The notes under the pieces are model-generated. The model was not told the origin of the DNA, did no database searches, and saw only the letters and a list, made by a program, of their open reading frames with translations. The position numbers and the translations under genes were made by a program. Shown piece by piece: positions 11,520-22,682 of a stretch of 64,000 nt of DNA (the first letter of the stretch is position 1; each line of letters begins with the position of its first letter). Location: the NCBI GenBank assembly GCA_964016885.1, contig OZ024745.1, positions 31,372,001 to 31,436,000 of the forward strand, in the 5' to 3' direction. Source of the stretch: Eledone cirrhosa. Its lineage: Eukaryota.

Positions 11520-14500
11520 TATCATCATCATCATCATCAACGTTTAACGTCCGTGTTCCACGCTTGCATGGGTTTGGACGGGGGTAGTCCCACTTGAGGC
11601 AAGAGTGATTGTCTTGCTCGCATAGGACTGTCTGGCAGGTTTTCTACAGTTGGATGCCCTTCCTAACACCAACCACATTTACAGTGTGGGTCTGGGAGGT
11701 TTTTACCGTGTTGCCTACACGGCCACATTACAGCGTGGACTGTGTGTTTTTTTGTCGTGACACCTACACGATCTCATTTGTTTCGGCCTCGATGGCGCGG
11801 CACCAACATAACTTTACATAGAACGGGGTGGTGTGGATCGGGTGGGGGTGGGGGTGGTGGGACGGGGTGTATTTTGTTAGAGATGCCTACTGGCTGGAGT
11901 AGGTTTTACTATATATTTAGGTAAGGCGGGTCTTCTCTGTTACTGAGTACCGCCAAAGGTCTCGGTCCAGTGACATTGTCTTGGAGAGGTGTAAGTGTGT
12001 GATGTCGGAGTTTATCAGCTCGTCCCAGGTTTTTCTAGGTCTGCCTATTCCGTGACTACCGTCTATCTTTATTGCCCTGCACTTTGTTATACAGCTATCG
12101 ACTTTCATGCGCATCACGTGTCCATACCAACGTAGCCTTCTCTCGAGTAAACAACATCTGATCCCTCTTATCTCTAATTTTTTCCTTAGTTCGTTTATGC
12201 TTTGCCGTTCACGTATATTACTGTTACACATCCAGCGGAGCATGCAAGCTTCGTTCCTCTCTAGTCTGCGTATATCCTCTGCACACAATGCCCAGGTCTC
12301 ACTGCCATGCAGCATTGCTGTTCGTATGCAGGCATCGTACAACCTGCCTTTCATTTTTAGTGAGAACCCTTTAGCAGCTAATAGTGGTATAAGCTCTCTG
12401 AACTTTTTCCAACCAGTTCTGACTCTAGCTACAGTACTTTCAGAGCACCCTCCCCCACTGCTGATTTTATCGCCCAGGTAACGGAAGCTGTCCACTATTT
12501 CTATAGAACCCTCTGCGCAATTGAAAGAGCTAGTAGTTTGTGGGCACTTGCTGCTACTTATTGCACCAGAGCACCGGCCACATGTAAAATCTATGTTCTT
12601 AGTTAGCTTACCTGTGATCCCACTACATCTTTTATGCACCCATACTTTGCATTTAGGACATAAAATGGAGTTTCTACCTACGCCTTTCCTACACACCGAG
12701 CACGACCATTTCCCAGAAGGGACCGCCGCCTTGTTTTCTTTCCTACAAACTAGTACTTTGGTCTTAGCCAGGTTAATTTTAAGTCCTTTTGACTCTAGGC
12801 CGTGCTTCCATGTTTGGAATTTCTTCTCTAGCTCGGCCATTGATTCCGCTATGAGTGTCAGGTCGTCTGCGTATAGGAGTTCCCATGGGCAGCCTGTCTT
12901 GAACTCCTCTGTTATAGCCTGAAGGGCAATAATAAATAGTAGTGGACTGAGAACAGAGCCCTGATGGACGCCAACTTTTACGCTAAACTCTTCACTATAT
13001 TCGTTGTTAATTCTAACCTTGCTGACTGTTTCTTTATACATGGCTTGTATAGCCCTCACAAGCCATTCGTCAACGCCTAGTTTTCTAAGAGCCCACCAGA
13101 TAATGGAGCGGGGGACTCTGTCGAAGGCTTTCTCCAAGTCGACAAAAGCTAAGTAGAGGGGTTTACCTTTAGCTAGGTACTTCTCCTGTAGTTGTCGTAC
13201 TATGAAAAGAGCGTCTGTGGTACTTTTGCCTGACACAAACCCGAACTGCATTTCATCTAGGTCAATTCTCTCTCTGATTAGTTGCGCTATTACTCTTTCC
13301 GTGACCTTCATGACCTGGTCGATTAATTTAATGCCTCTATAGTTACTCCTATCTAGGGCGTCTCCTTTACCCTTATAACAGTTAACGATGATGCTGCTAT
13401 GCCAGTCCTTCGGAACAACCCCATTCTGTACGACTTGGTTAACTATGCGGGTGACCATGGTGTGTCCCACCGTGCCAGATGCCTTCAGCATCTCAGCAAC
13501 TATTTCCGAAGGCCCAGCCGCCTTACCAGTCTTCATATCCTTGATTGCCTTACTTATTATACTCCCCTCGACTAACACTGCTGGTCCCTCTATTGGGTCG
13601 ATATGGGGGAGACTGCCTTTCTCCCAATTATTCTCCTCATTTAGAAGCCTTTCATAGTGACACTTCCAAGCTACCTTCTTATCAGCGTCGGTGATGGCAA
13701 GTGTGCCATCGTCGTTTAGTACACACTTCTCCCCGACAATATCACGGTTTTCCTTGACGCATTGCCTAGCAATCCTGAACACCTCACGTTTTTGGTCATC
13801 GCGTTGTAGAACATGCTTGAACTTTCTTTCCTCAGCTTCCCTTCTTGCTAAGTACACTTGTCTCCTAGCTTCCCTCCTGGCCACTTGATAGTCCTCTCTA
13901 CTTCCCCCATCCCGCCATACTTTCCAAGCCTGCTTTTTGGCCTTAATTGACCCCTCCACCTTACTGTTCCACCACCATGTTACTCTCCTCCTGCCTACAG
14001 GCCTGCTCCAGCCACAGACCTCGTCTGTCGCCAACAGCAGGTTTGCTTTCAGAAATTCCCACTCTCCCTCTATATTGTCCGACTCTAAATGTTCTTCCTT
14101 ACTGTCGAAAGCATCAAGTAATATGCTTTGAAATTTATTCCTGGCTGTGGGGTCCTTTAGCTTCCATATTTTCCTCCTGAGGATAGTCCTCTTCTGTTGT
14201 CGAGTACGTCTCGTCCTGACTATGAGGTCGCTAATTATCAGTCTATGTTGGGAGGTGCATTCTTCATGGGGGAGGGATTTAGTGTTAACAACAGACACTC
14301 TGTCACGTCTTCTGGTAAGGATATAATCTACCTGGCTTGTGTGTTCCCCGGATCTATAGGTGATCAGGTGATTGTCACGTTTTTTGAAGTTAGTGTTACA
14401 GATAGTTAGGTTATTTGCATCACAGAATTCCAGGATTCTGGAGCCTTCCTCATTTCTAGTACCAAACCCATAGCCTCCATGGATTTCGTCGTAGCCGTCA

Positions 14501-15033
14501 CAATGTTGTCCAACGTGACCATTTAGGTCGCCTGCGATAATTATATAGTCACTGTCGGATATTTGGGAGGTAGTTAGCATCAGTGTCTCATAGAATCTGT
14601 CTTTTATAGTGCCGGGCAGTCCGGATTGGGGTGCGTACGCAGATATTACTGTCACCGTAGTTCTATTGAGGACAAGTCGTATTTTAATTATTCTGTCGTT
14701 CACTCTATTTACGTCTATTATCTTATCTGCCCACTTTTCTGCTACCATGATTCCTACTCCACCCAGCCCATCGTCGTTTCCCACCCAGAAAAGCTTATAA
14801 CAACGTTTTTTACCCTCAATGAACCTAGCAGACCCACCCCTCCACCTGGTCTCTTGAATACAACAAACATCGACCTCCTTACGTTCAAGCATTTCTACAA
14901 CCTCGTTAGCGCGACCCTTTAGGGTGCCTACATTTATGGTACCAACTCTGAAGTTTTGGATTGCGTTTGGGGGTTGGGGGCGGTGAGGGGCGGGGGGCGA
15001 TGGGGTTATGTTAGCCGTCCGCGGTCGAAACAA
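11520..15033 (-). mobile_element. Near full-length RTE-clade non-LTR retrotransposon (family A)
   Basis: Single APE+RT ORF, ~380-nt 3' UTR with ~49-nt internal repeats and a (GAT)n tail (CAT repeats at 11520-11539). The 5' end abuts (TA)n; no clear TSD. Confidence 0.95.
11917..15033 (-). CDS. RTE ORF: AP endonuclease + reverse transcriptase with an internal PHD-like finger (1038 aa, uninterrupted)
   Basis: APE motifs GTINVGTL, CCIQETRW, SAYAPQ, AGDLNGHVG, QVDYIL, SQHRLI. RT motifs YKGKGD..NYRGIKL, QFGF, FVDLEKAFD, GVHQGSVLSPLLF, YADD, FRYLG. RTE C-terminus RRLRWYGHVMR, GRPRKTW. The track's first codon is TTG, so the true start is uncertain or truncated. Confidence 0.95.
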   Translation of the reverse strand: MFRPRTANITPSPPAPHRPQPPNAIQNFRVGTINVGTLKGRANEVVEMLERKEVDVCCIQETRWRGGSARFIEGKKRCYKLFWVGNDDGLGGVGIMVAEKWADKIIDVNRVNDRIIKIRLVLNRTTVTVISAYAPQSGLPGTIKDRFYETLMLTTSQISDSDYIIIAGDLNGHVGQHCDGYDEIHGGYGFGTRNEEGSRILEFCDANNLTICNTNFKKRDNHLITYRSGEHTSQVDYILTRRRDRVSVVNTKSLPHEECTSQHRLIISDLIVRTRRTRQQKRTILRRKIWKLKDPTARNKFQSILLDAFDSKEEHLESDNIEGEWEFLKANLLLATDEVCGWSRPVGRRRVTWWWNSKVEGSIKAKKQAWKVWRDGGSREDYQVARREARRQVYLARREAEERKFKHVLQRDDQKREVFRIARQCVKENRDIVGEKCVLNDDGTLAITDADKKVAWKCHYERLLNEENNWEKGSLPHIDPIEGPAVLVEGSIISKAIKDMKTGKAAGPSEIVAEMLKASGTVGHTMVTRIVNQVVQNGVVPKDWHSSIIVNCYKGKGDALDRSNYRGIKLIDQVMKVTERVIAQLIRERIDLDEMQFGFVSGKSTTDALFIVRQLQEKYLAKGKPLYLAFVDLEKAFDRVPRSIIWWALRKLGVDEWLVRAIQAMYKETVSKVRINNEYSEEFSVKVGVHQGSVLSPLLFIIALQAITEEFKTGCPWELLYADDLTLIAESMAELEKKFQTWKHGLESKGLKINLAKTKVLVCRKENKAAVPSGKWSCSVCRKGVGRNSILCPKCKVWVHKRCSGITGKLTKNIDFTCGRCSGAISSSKCPQTTSSFNCAEGSIEIVDSFRYLGDKISSGGGCSESTVARVRTGWKKFRELIPLLAAKGFSLKMKGRLYDACIRTAMLHGSETWALCAEDIRRLERNEACMLRWMCNSNIRERQSINELRKKLEIRGIRCCLLERRLRWYGHVMRMKVDSCITKCRAIKIDGSHGIGRPRKTWDELINSDITHLHLSKTMSLDRDLWRYSVTEKTRLT

Positions 15034-15056
15034 TATATATATATGTGTGTGTTTGA

Positions 15057-15101
<45 letters not shown>

Positions 15102-15141
15102 TTCAAATATTAATAAAATAGATGTTCTTGTGATCAATTAA

Positions 15142-15194
15142 ATTTTATTATACATATTTCGGATGTACAACAATACGTCCTCATCAGATAAAAT
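15142..15194 (-). ncRNA. Minimal type I hammerhead ribozyme motif (intact core)
   Basis: Minus strand reads ATTTTAT-CTGATGA-GGAcGTAttgttgTACaTCC-GAAA-tatgta-TA-ATAAAAT: perfect 7-bp stem I, canonical core, G-C closed stem II, short near-palindromic stem III, UA cleavage site. Confidence 0.72.
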
Positions 15195-15331
15195 AAAATG
15201 ATACATGACATATCCTGAGATGTTAGATGTTTAAGATTTAATCAAGGTAGTTGATTAAATGACTTAGTGACTACCTTGATTAAATCTTAAACATCTAACA
15301 TCTCAGGGTATGTCATGTATCATTTTATTTT

Positions 15332-15726
15332 CTCCGGCTAACAACTGATTCTTTTTTTCAAATACCACTTTGGAAGAAGAATCAGGATGAAGAGAGAGGT
15401 GCTGTACCCCAGCAAGTTTTATGAAAGGTGGGTGAAAGTGGCGAGAATGGCCCGAGTGAATGGGCCTTCTCTCTATATCAGCCTGTAGGTTGAGGAAAAC
15501 GAGGAGGAGAGGAAAGGGGTACAAACTCTTCGTACTCCTGGAGATGAGGGTTGCACATTTTTTCGGGGGTATGTGTTACCCATATAAACTGTCTCCCCTA
15601 TTGGGGGAAATCGACTAATTTTTTAAATTGCATTTGTGATAACATTTTACACGTTTTTATTGTATGTAAACTTCCCCCTTTGTATTTGTCCCCTTCTTTT
15701 GTGCCCCTGTGGCTAATAAAGAAACA
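15332..15726 (+). mobile_element. 5'-truncated LINE 3' end (L1/Tx1-like) with 14-bp TSD
   Basis: Encodes FKYHFGRRIRMKREVLYPSKFYERWVKVARMARVNGPSLYISL* and ends AATAAAGAAA. Flanked by TATCATTTTATTTT at 15318-15331 and 15727-15740. Homologous to 47875-48256. Clade assignment is tentative. Confidence 0.75.
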
Positions 15727-15735
15727 TATCATTTT

Positions 15736-15788
15736 ATTTTATTTGATGAGGACGTACTGTTGTACCTTTGAAATATGTATAATAAAAT
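15736..15788 (+). ncRNA. Degenerate hammerhead copy (mirror of 15142-15194)
   Basis: ATTTTAT-TTGATGA-GGACGTACTGTTGTACCTTT-GAAA-TATGTA-TA-ATAAAAT; core C3 mutated to T and stem II weakened. Confidence 0.5.
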
Positions 15789-15996
15789 TTAATTGATCAC
15801 AAGAACATCTATTTTATTAATATTTGAATTTAATATTAATAACTCTGGAAAATATTTTTTGTAGAGTGCTTCCAATCTACTGTAAAACTCATTTGTTGAT
15901 GTACTCATTGAATCTTGTTTAACTCTTTAATATATATATATATATACAGAGAGAGAGACACACATCAAACACACAGACACGCACACACATGTGTGT

Positions 15997-16035
<39 letters not shown>

Positions 16036-16088
16036 CAAATATATATGCATGTATGAATATGTATGTGAAATGTATGTATGTGTGTGTT

Positions 16089-16135
<47 letters not shown>

Positions 16136-16642
16136 CTGTGTAAGTCTTTGTGAATATAAGTATGCATGAAATTATTTATTAATTATACACCTTTTCCCAA
16201 GAAATCTAGAATAGTTTAAAACCAAATTCCCTAATATATATACATGTGTGTGATCTTCATGGTCACTGCCACTTTTTCCTTAAAAACGTATATTGATACT
16301 CCGCTCATATGTATTAAGTGCTCATTCAGTTTATAGTATGTATATATATATATATATATATATACTTATATATATGTATAGCTCCATTCTCTCTCTTCTT
16401 TATCAGTTGATGCACTTGGGATACTTTTTCTTCTATATTTGTTTAATTCGTCTAAATGCAGAACTTTTCTCTACTTGTTTTGTTATGTCCCAATGTGCAC
16501 TGGATGGAATGGTATCAATCTTAATCACCAAAACTATAGTGATTTCCAGATGTTGACTGAAGAGAATGGACTGTCCGCCTTCCATTGTTTTTCATTGTCT
16601 TTGGCCTGTGTGCCCCCATTTTGGTTTTATATTATATTATGC

Positions 16643-16683
<41 letters not shown>

Positions 16684-16684
16684 A

Positions 16685-16740
16685 TCCGAACTTAAGTAAA
16701 TAAATATATATATTTATATATTTATTTACTTAAGTTCGGA
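16685..16740. repeat. Perfect hairpin (26-bp arms, 4-nt loop) at the start of a (TA)n-bounded insert (to ~16870)
   Basis: TCCGAACTTAAGTAAATAAATATATA-tatt-TATATATTTATTTACTTAAGTTCGGA. Confidence 0.9.
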
Positions 16741-16866
16741 GGGTTTGTGCATAAACACTTACTCACCTCACCGTACTGTATTATTACAGTATTGTGTTAG
16801 CTCGAGGATGAAACATTGTTAGTTAATAAAGACTGTTTGAGTATGTAAGCGTTCTTTGGTTTCTTT

Positions 16867-16915
<49 letters not shown>

Positions 16916-17045
16916 ATATATATAGGTAAGATTTGTTGTTTATTCTAATCCACATTGTCTTAATTAAAATTATAATCCAGAAATTACTAAATCTACCGTC
17001 TGTTGTTTTCTTACTCAATTTATAATACTTGTAATTTATTTCCAG

Positions 17046-17526
17046 AGCGTCTTGATCAATGAGATGCCAGATAAAATCCTCTTGCAGATATTTTCGTTTC
17101 TCAAGCATCGAGAACTTGGGAAAATTGCACGGGTGTGCAAGCGATGGCGTCTTATTGCATACGACAGTCGACTGTGGCAGGCAGTGTCTTTACGTCCTGA
17201 ATTCTCTGGTCTGCATGTGAATAATACTGAAACACTATTGGCTTTAATAAACATCCGTTTTGGTTCAACTCTCCGATATATTGAGCTTCCCTGTGAACTG
17301 ATCACATCTCCAGTCCTACATGACCTTGCCAACAAGTGTCCTAATCTCAAATTTATGACACTTGACTTTTCAAATGCTATGCAATTACATGACTTCAATG
17401 ATCTGAACGCATTTCCTTGTAACCTTCGAAGTCTCTGCATCTGTTTATCCGAGGTAATCTTTTTGGAGGGATTTATGCGAAGGATTTATAGCTGTTTATC
17501 ATCTCTGGAAGTTCTTCATTTGATTG
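17046..17526 (+). CDS. F-box/LRR protein, coding exon A (F-box motif plus first LRRs)
   Basis: Acceptor tttattTCCAG|AGC and donor ATTG|GTAAGT. Translation SVLINEMPDKILLQIFSFLKHRELGKIARVCKRWRLIAYDSRLW matches the F-box consensus (LP.E.L..IF.YL...L.....VC..W) and is followed by LRR-like LRYIEL, LKFMTLDF, LRSLCICL, LEVLHL. Ends in phase 1. Confidence 0.93.
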
Positions 17527-17632
17527 GTAAGTATTTATTTTTTTTAATTTACCTTAGCTGACTCTGGATCAGTTATATTATAAAATACATTCAAGTTGTG
17601 ATCATTCTATCTTTATTTCAGCATAAACTATC

Positions 17633-17833
17633 TACAAGGGTCGGCTGAAAAGTTCATAGGTTAACCAAGATACTCTCATGGCATGGCCAAATGAGTTTAT
17701 TTTCAACATAGTCCCTGGAAAGAAATAATACAATTATTAATAAGAAGAGTTGAAATTAATACATGCAGGATTTCACAGCTCTAGCATCACAGCTTCATAG
17801 TCAGCCTATGAATCTTTTCAGCTGACACTTATA
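17633..17833. mobile_element. Tc1/mariner-type MITE (~200 bp)
   Basis: TA-CAAGGGTCGGCTGAAAAGTTCATAGG...CCTATGAATCTTTTCAGCTGACACTTA-TA terminal inverted repeats with TA flanks; further copies in the window. Confidence 0.8.
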
Positions 17834-18369
17834 TATCTACTTAGTCAATGTGTTCTTTCGGAATTATCTGCAATCACTCATTTAAATGTAGTTTATACTC
17901 TTCATCATTATCTGTGGATTGATGTTTTACATGTTACATTATCAAAGTAGTGAAAGACAGTAACTACCTCACAACTCACACAAGTACTAAACAACCCATT
18001 CTGGTTTTAAACTTCACTAAAAATTGCAGTTTAGTCAAGTGTAGGAAGTTGTGTCTTATGAAGTTGACCTCTTTCTGATGCTCATTATCCAAGAATATCT
18101 ACAAATGAATCAGTCTATGTGCATGTTTTTTCATCAGGAGCAAGGTATTTCTGAGCCCCTACCTTTCAAAGGGATACTGACAGCAGACAGTCTTTCTCGT
18201 CATGAGCACCTAATCTATGAGATGTTTGCCTCTTGCACTGCTTACTTGTTGAAAACACTGAGATAAAATGTTGTACCTTAGTGTAACTTGGTAAAAGTCA
18301 ATTGAAAATACACTACTGCTTTTTAATTAACTTTAAAAATTTCAAAACTTGTAGATCAGAGAGTCACTC

Positions 18370-18663
18370 CGTGTAGAGCCCTCACTTCTCCAAATTGAAG
18401 ATCACAGCTCTAATGTGGTTAGAATGTCTCAGGAAAGAATTGCTGGACGGATTTTATGGGCAAAACCAACCGGCAGGAAACCCAGGGGTAGACCCCAAGC
18501 AAGATGGTTGGATAACATCCATGAGCTTGGCTGGTCTCACTTGGGGATCGAGCTGGATTAGTTGGAAACGGTTGCTTCTGATAGGACCCACGGGAAGGAG
18601 TATTTTGAGGACTCTGCCCCCATGACCCTCTCAGGAATAAGTGGGCGAGGAAGAAGAAGAAGC
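18370..18663 (+). mobile_element. Degenerate 3' end of a different RTE-clade LINE
   Basis: VVRMSQERIAGRILWAKPTGRKPRGRPQARWLDNIHELGWSHLGI..., followed by a (GAA)n tail. Confidence 0.65.
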
Positions 18664-21600
18664 ATTTCAAACATACAGCTGAGGCTATTTAAGTTAGGTT
18701 AATTCTTAGTATAAAACACAGTATATACACATTTGAAGACATTCGAGCTGAATACAGTCATTAACTGACGCGGCAATTCTATTTAAATATTTTAACTCTA
18801 GTTATTGCTCTATAGTTATTTGTAATATTTTTGATATATTACATTTCTACTATAATTTGTATATTTTGTAATATATATTACAAAAATACATATTTTTATA
18901 ATAATTGTTTCTACTTTTGGCACAAGGCCAGCAATTATCCCAGTGCTGGTACTTTTATAATAATGATTTGCATTCTTTTTACTTGGAGACTATTTTCATA
19001 TAATCTATATTTTAAGACAATGTTGTTTTATCTTTATATTTTTCCTTTACATGTGTTATATATCTAATTAAAATATCTTCAAAATGAGTGTGACAAATTA
19101 CCATCATAATCTTTCTCCTTCCTGCTTCATATCTTACAACATACCATATCTCTTCCAGGCATTTTTCAGTGTTTGAGCTGGTGTGAGATATACTGTTGGA
19201 ATTTTTACTATAATCAGACAATATTAAACTTAATTTAGATAGGATTCAAAAAGATAATCATATCCCGACTGATTGATTTTTAAAAAAATTTCAATTTTTA
19301 TGGCGAGTGTGATGGAAAAAAAACAAGATTGAGAAGTACTTAAATATACAAAAGAAGCCACAAAAATTATTGTATCTCTGATATCTATTGTGACTATTGA
19401 AAACTGAAAATACTAACTCGCCACCTCCCAAAACAAACTCTACTAAAACCTTGAATGAATTGATTTATCACATTAGCTCAAAGCCACAAGTGTTGGTGTA
19501 GGTAAAGTTGATTATATTGACACTAGCATATGAATGGTGCATAAAAGGCAAAGTCGACCTCAATGGTATTTAAAATCTGAATGTAAAAGGCCATAATAAT
19601 CACATTTATTTGTGCATAATATACATTCATGTATAATGTGCATCCATAATTTTGGGCAATGAAATCCCAGAAAAAAATATCTCTTGTGTTTAATATGCAT
19701 TAACTTTAAAATAACAACATTCTGTCTAATACTAGAAAAAATATCTCTTATACTAATTTTAAAATAACAATATTATGTCTATATAATTAACTAAAACTAA
19801 CAATGAAGTTGTGGCTGTTGTTTGTTATAACAAATAATTCCTATGGATTCTATATGTTTAGAACTTTACTGTAGTGAATAGATTTCATTTCCTTTAATCC
19901 ATATGAAATATAATTGATATATCAAATGTCTTCTTGATCATAGCAGTTATGCTTGTTCAAAATCTAGGCTGTTACTTAAATAGACAAACATTTAGAAAAT
20001 TTATTTGAATATCTATTCAGGTGCTCTAGCAACTAACTTATTTAGCACTGTTCTACTAGGTAAATATTCCAAGAAAATGTGAGGTATTTTGATTAGATAT
20101 AAGTATATTGTTTTTTTCTATCCCATGTGAAACATTTCACAATGTTGTAACTGAGATAAAAACAAAACTACTGAGCTATTTTTTGTTTTGCAATCGTGGG
20201 CTTTCTTCTGTAGAAATAACAAGTATAAGCTCTGAAACAGCAGAGTCTGTGACTTCTTACAACCTAAATCTATTTTCATAACTGAAGAATTTCTTGAGGG
20301 ATAAGAAATATATCAAATTAATTTTACATTATTAAAAAAAAATTATATATTCTATTTTACAGATATTAATGCCTTAAAACTTATCTTTCCCTTTCAAGAA
20401 AAAATGTCCATTTTTTAAAACTATTTATCTTCTGAATTAAAAATAAAATTAAAATATCAAATATTTAAATTAAAAAAAAGTATTTTTATCAAATAGGCAG
20501 ATATAAAAAAATACTGATCTTAGTAATATCAATGAAAGTAAAAAAGAAAATTGATAATATCAGATATGACTAATTTGTTATATCCTGTCTCCAAGATTGA
20601 GGGCAAAAAATTTGTTTCCCTTTTATTTTTTCTTGAAATCTTTTGTATGAAATAGATCCTGTTAGTGTCTCCTTATGATCTCTTTTTAACGAGAATTTTT
20701 TTTATTTTTAGGAAATGCATCTAAATTTTATTCCATCAAAATCTCTTTAAACTGTGACATTCTTGCTAGACCTATTACTAAATCTGCCCTGTAATTTTAT
20801 TCCTATCAATATAATATACATAATGTTTATATCGTGGAGAAGTCATTTGAACCATTTCTAAATATTCTAACGTTGTTAAAATTACTTTTGCTTATTTCTT
20901 AATAGTATAATCTGCTATGAAGTGTCAAACATATTTATTGTACTTCTGTAACCTGGTGACTGACATGATTCCAGTGTATCTCAGTAATGGAAGAGATCTC
21001 AGTCAGTTTCAACAGTGTTCCAGTTGTCTGATAAATGGAACATCCTGCTTGTAAAATCAATGTGAACATGGTCAAGCATTTCACAAACATATGACAAGGT
21101 TGGCTCTATGAATTACAAGATTTCACAGCTCTAGCATCAATCCTTCATAGTAAGCCAATGAATTTTTCAACCAACCCTCGTACAAGTACACTCTAGCTGA
21201 TAGGCTTCCAAATAGTTTTCTTTTATCCAACTTTAATAACAATTTGGCATCAAGGCAAAGCTATGGTAAATGGCTCTTCCCTAAGAGGCCATACTGTGGG
21301 ATCAAATGCTGGACCATATGAATTCTAAGCAACTTCCCAACCATTCAACCATACAACATCCACATTGCATCTCTAAAGCCTATTCCACCATGTAATTGTT
21401 ACAGTTTCAACTCACAATCTCAGTTTAAGTCACTTGCCAGTATAGCTCTGAAATACTTAATACGGTTTTATTTTGTCTTCCTTTGGTACAGGGCCAATAG
21501 TTCAAGAGTTAAAGATAAATATATCTGAATACAACAACTTCAATATGTTACTAGTATTTGTTTATTAACCTTTAGAAGACGAATGACACAGTTTTCAGCA

Positions 21601-22204
21601 GTAGCATTTAAACACAGAACACAGGAAGGAACTAAAACATTAGAAGCCATTTAAAATAACTCTCTACCATTTTTTGTCAAGACACTACATTGCCAACTTG
21701 CTGCTCTATCTAAATTTAATATTAACTATACTTTGTCATAACCTTCACATTTCTACACTTACAAGGTCATATAACACTTGAAAAATATATAAAAGAACTA
21801 ATTATCATTGTCATTTTTACATCCACTATTCTTTACTGACATGAGTTTGGTAACTTTATTCCATCTGTCAAGAAGTTTATAAAATCCCTTAAGTTTTGAT
21901 GTGAAATAAGAGATTAACTAATTTTCAATCCCTTCTCTTTATGCTAAACAAAGTCCAGCAAAATGTTTTTGTAAACTCGTAGACCAGTGATAATCTGAAA
22001 GAACAAGGTCAAGAGAATATGAAGGGTGAAGCAGTTTTTCCCAGCCAAGTTCCTCTATAAAATCCTTGGTTACTTGTACAGTATGATGACAAGTATCATT
22101 GTAATGGAGAACAACCCCTTTTTTGTTTGTATAAGATGAACATTTTTTTTATCCAAAGCTGTTTTCAAATGTCAAAATTGTTAAGTTTTATTATTCTTTA
22201 ACAG

Positions 22205-22352
22205 TTCATAATGAACTATTTCATAACATAGTTCCTGGAAAGAAACAATGTAGTTATCAATAAGAAGAGTTCAAATTAATGCATGCAAGATTTCACAGCT
22301 CTAGCATCATTCCTTCATAGTCTGCTTATGAACTTTTCAGCTGACCCTCGTA
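22205..22352. mobile_element. Mariner-type MITE remnant (same family as 17633); related piece at 21100-21182
   Basis: Shared GCAAGATTTCACAGCTCTAGCATCA...TATGAACTTTTCAGCTGACCCTCGTA. Confidence 0.7.
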
Positions 22353-22460
22353 TGTCACTAGTAAGATGTATATGAATATATGGAAGAGAATTGTGGTATA
22401 ACATTCAAACTTTAGCTAATTGTTTAAGAGTCTTTGAAAATATAGCATTCTAAAAAAACC

Positions 22461-22682
22461 TTAACCCTTCAACATTTACATGACTCTATACTTACTATTA
22501 TATTTTCATGGTAAAGGCTTTACCTCACATAATTATCTCACATAATATTGAATCTATGAGATTTTGATATTATTTATTTTGAGAACAATACCTTAACATC
22601 AATATGAGTGGACAGTTACAGCCAGTTTGAATAGAATGAGGTGAGAGAATTCTGGCCGGATATGGCTGGTTTAAAGATCAAA
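22461..22682 (+). mobile_element. TTAA-type (piggyBac-like) MITE, degenerate copy
   Basis: TTAACCCTT start; body matches 34409-34619 and 29263-29484. Confidence 0.65.

Larger units (their letters stand above)
15094..15836. mobile_element. Fold-back element (~158-bp arms) with a hammerhead motif in each arm; right arm interrupted by a LINE fragment
   Basis: Left arm 15094-15251, spacer 15252-15269, right arm 15270-15331 plus 15741-15836. Starts in (TA)n. Confidence 0.85.

Noticed and set aside
12107-14922. Numerous + strand ORFs opposite the RTE ORF (also 936-2396, 32486-33624, 43216-43772)
   Set aside because: Antisense shadows of the RT coding sequence.
20275-20325. CTGAAGA...GAAA-TATA-TC hammerhead-like string
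   Set aside because: No stem I complementarity and only a weak G-U-rich stem II; likely chance or too decayed to call.
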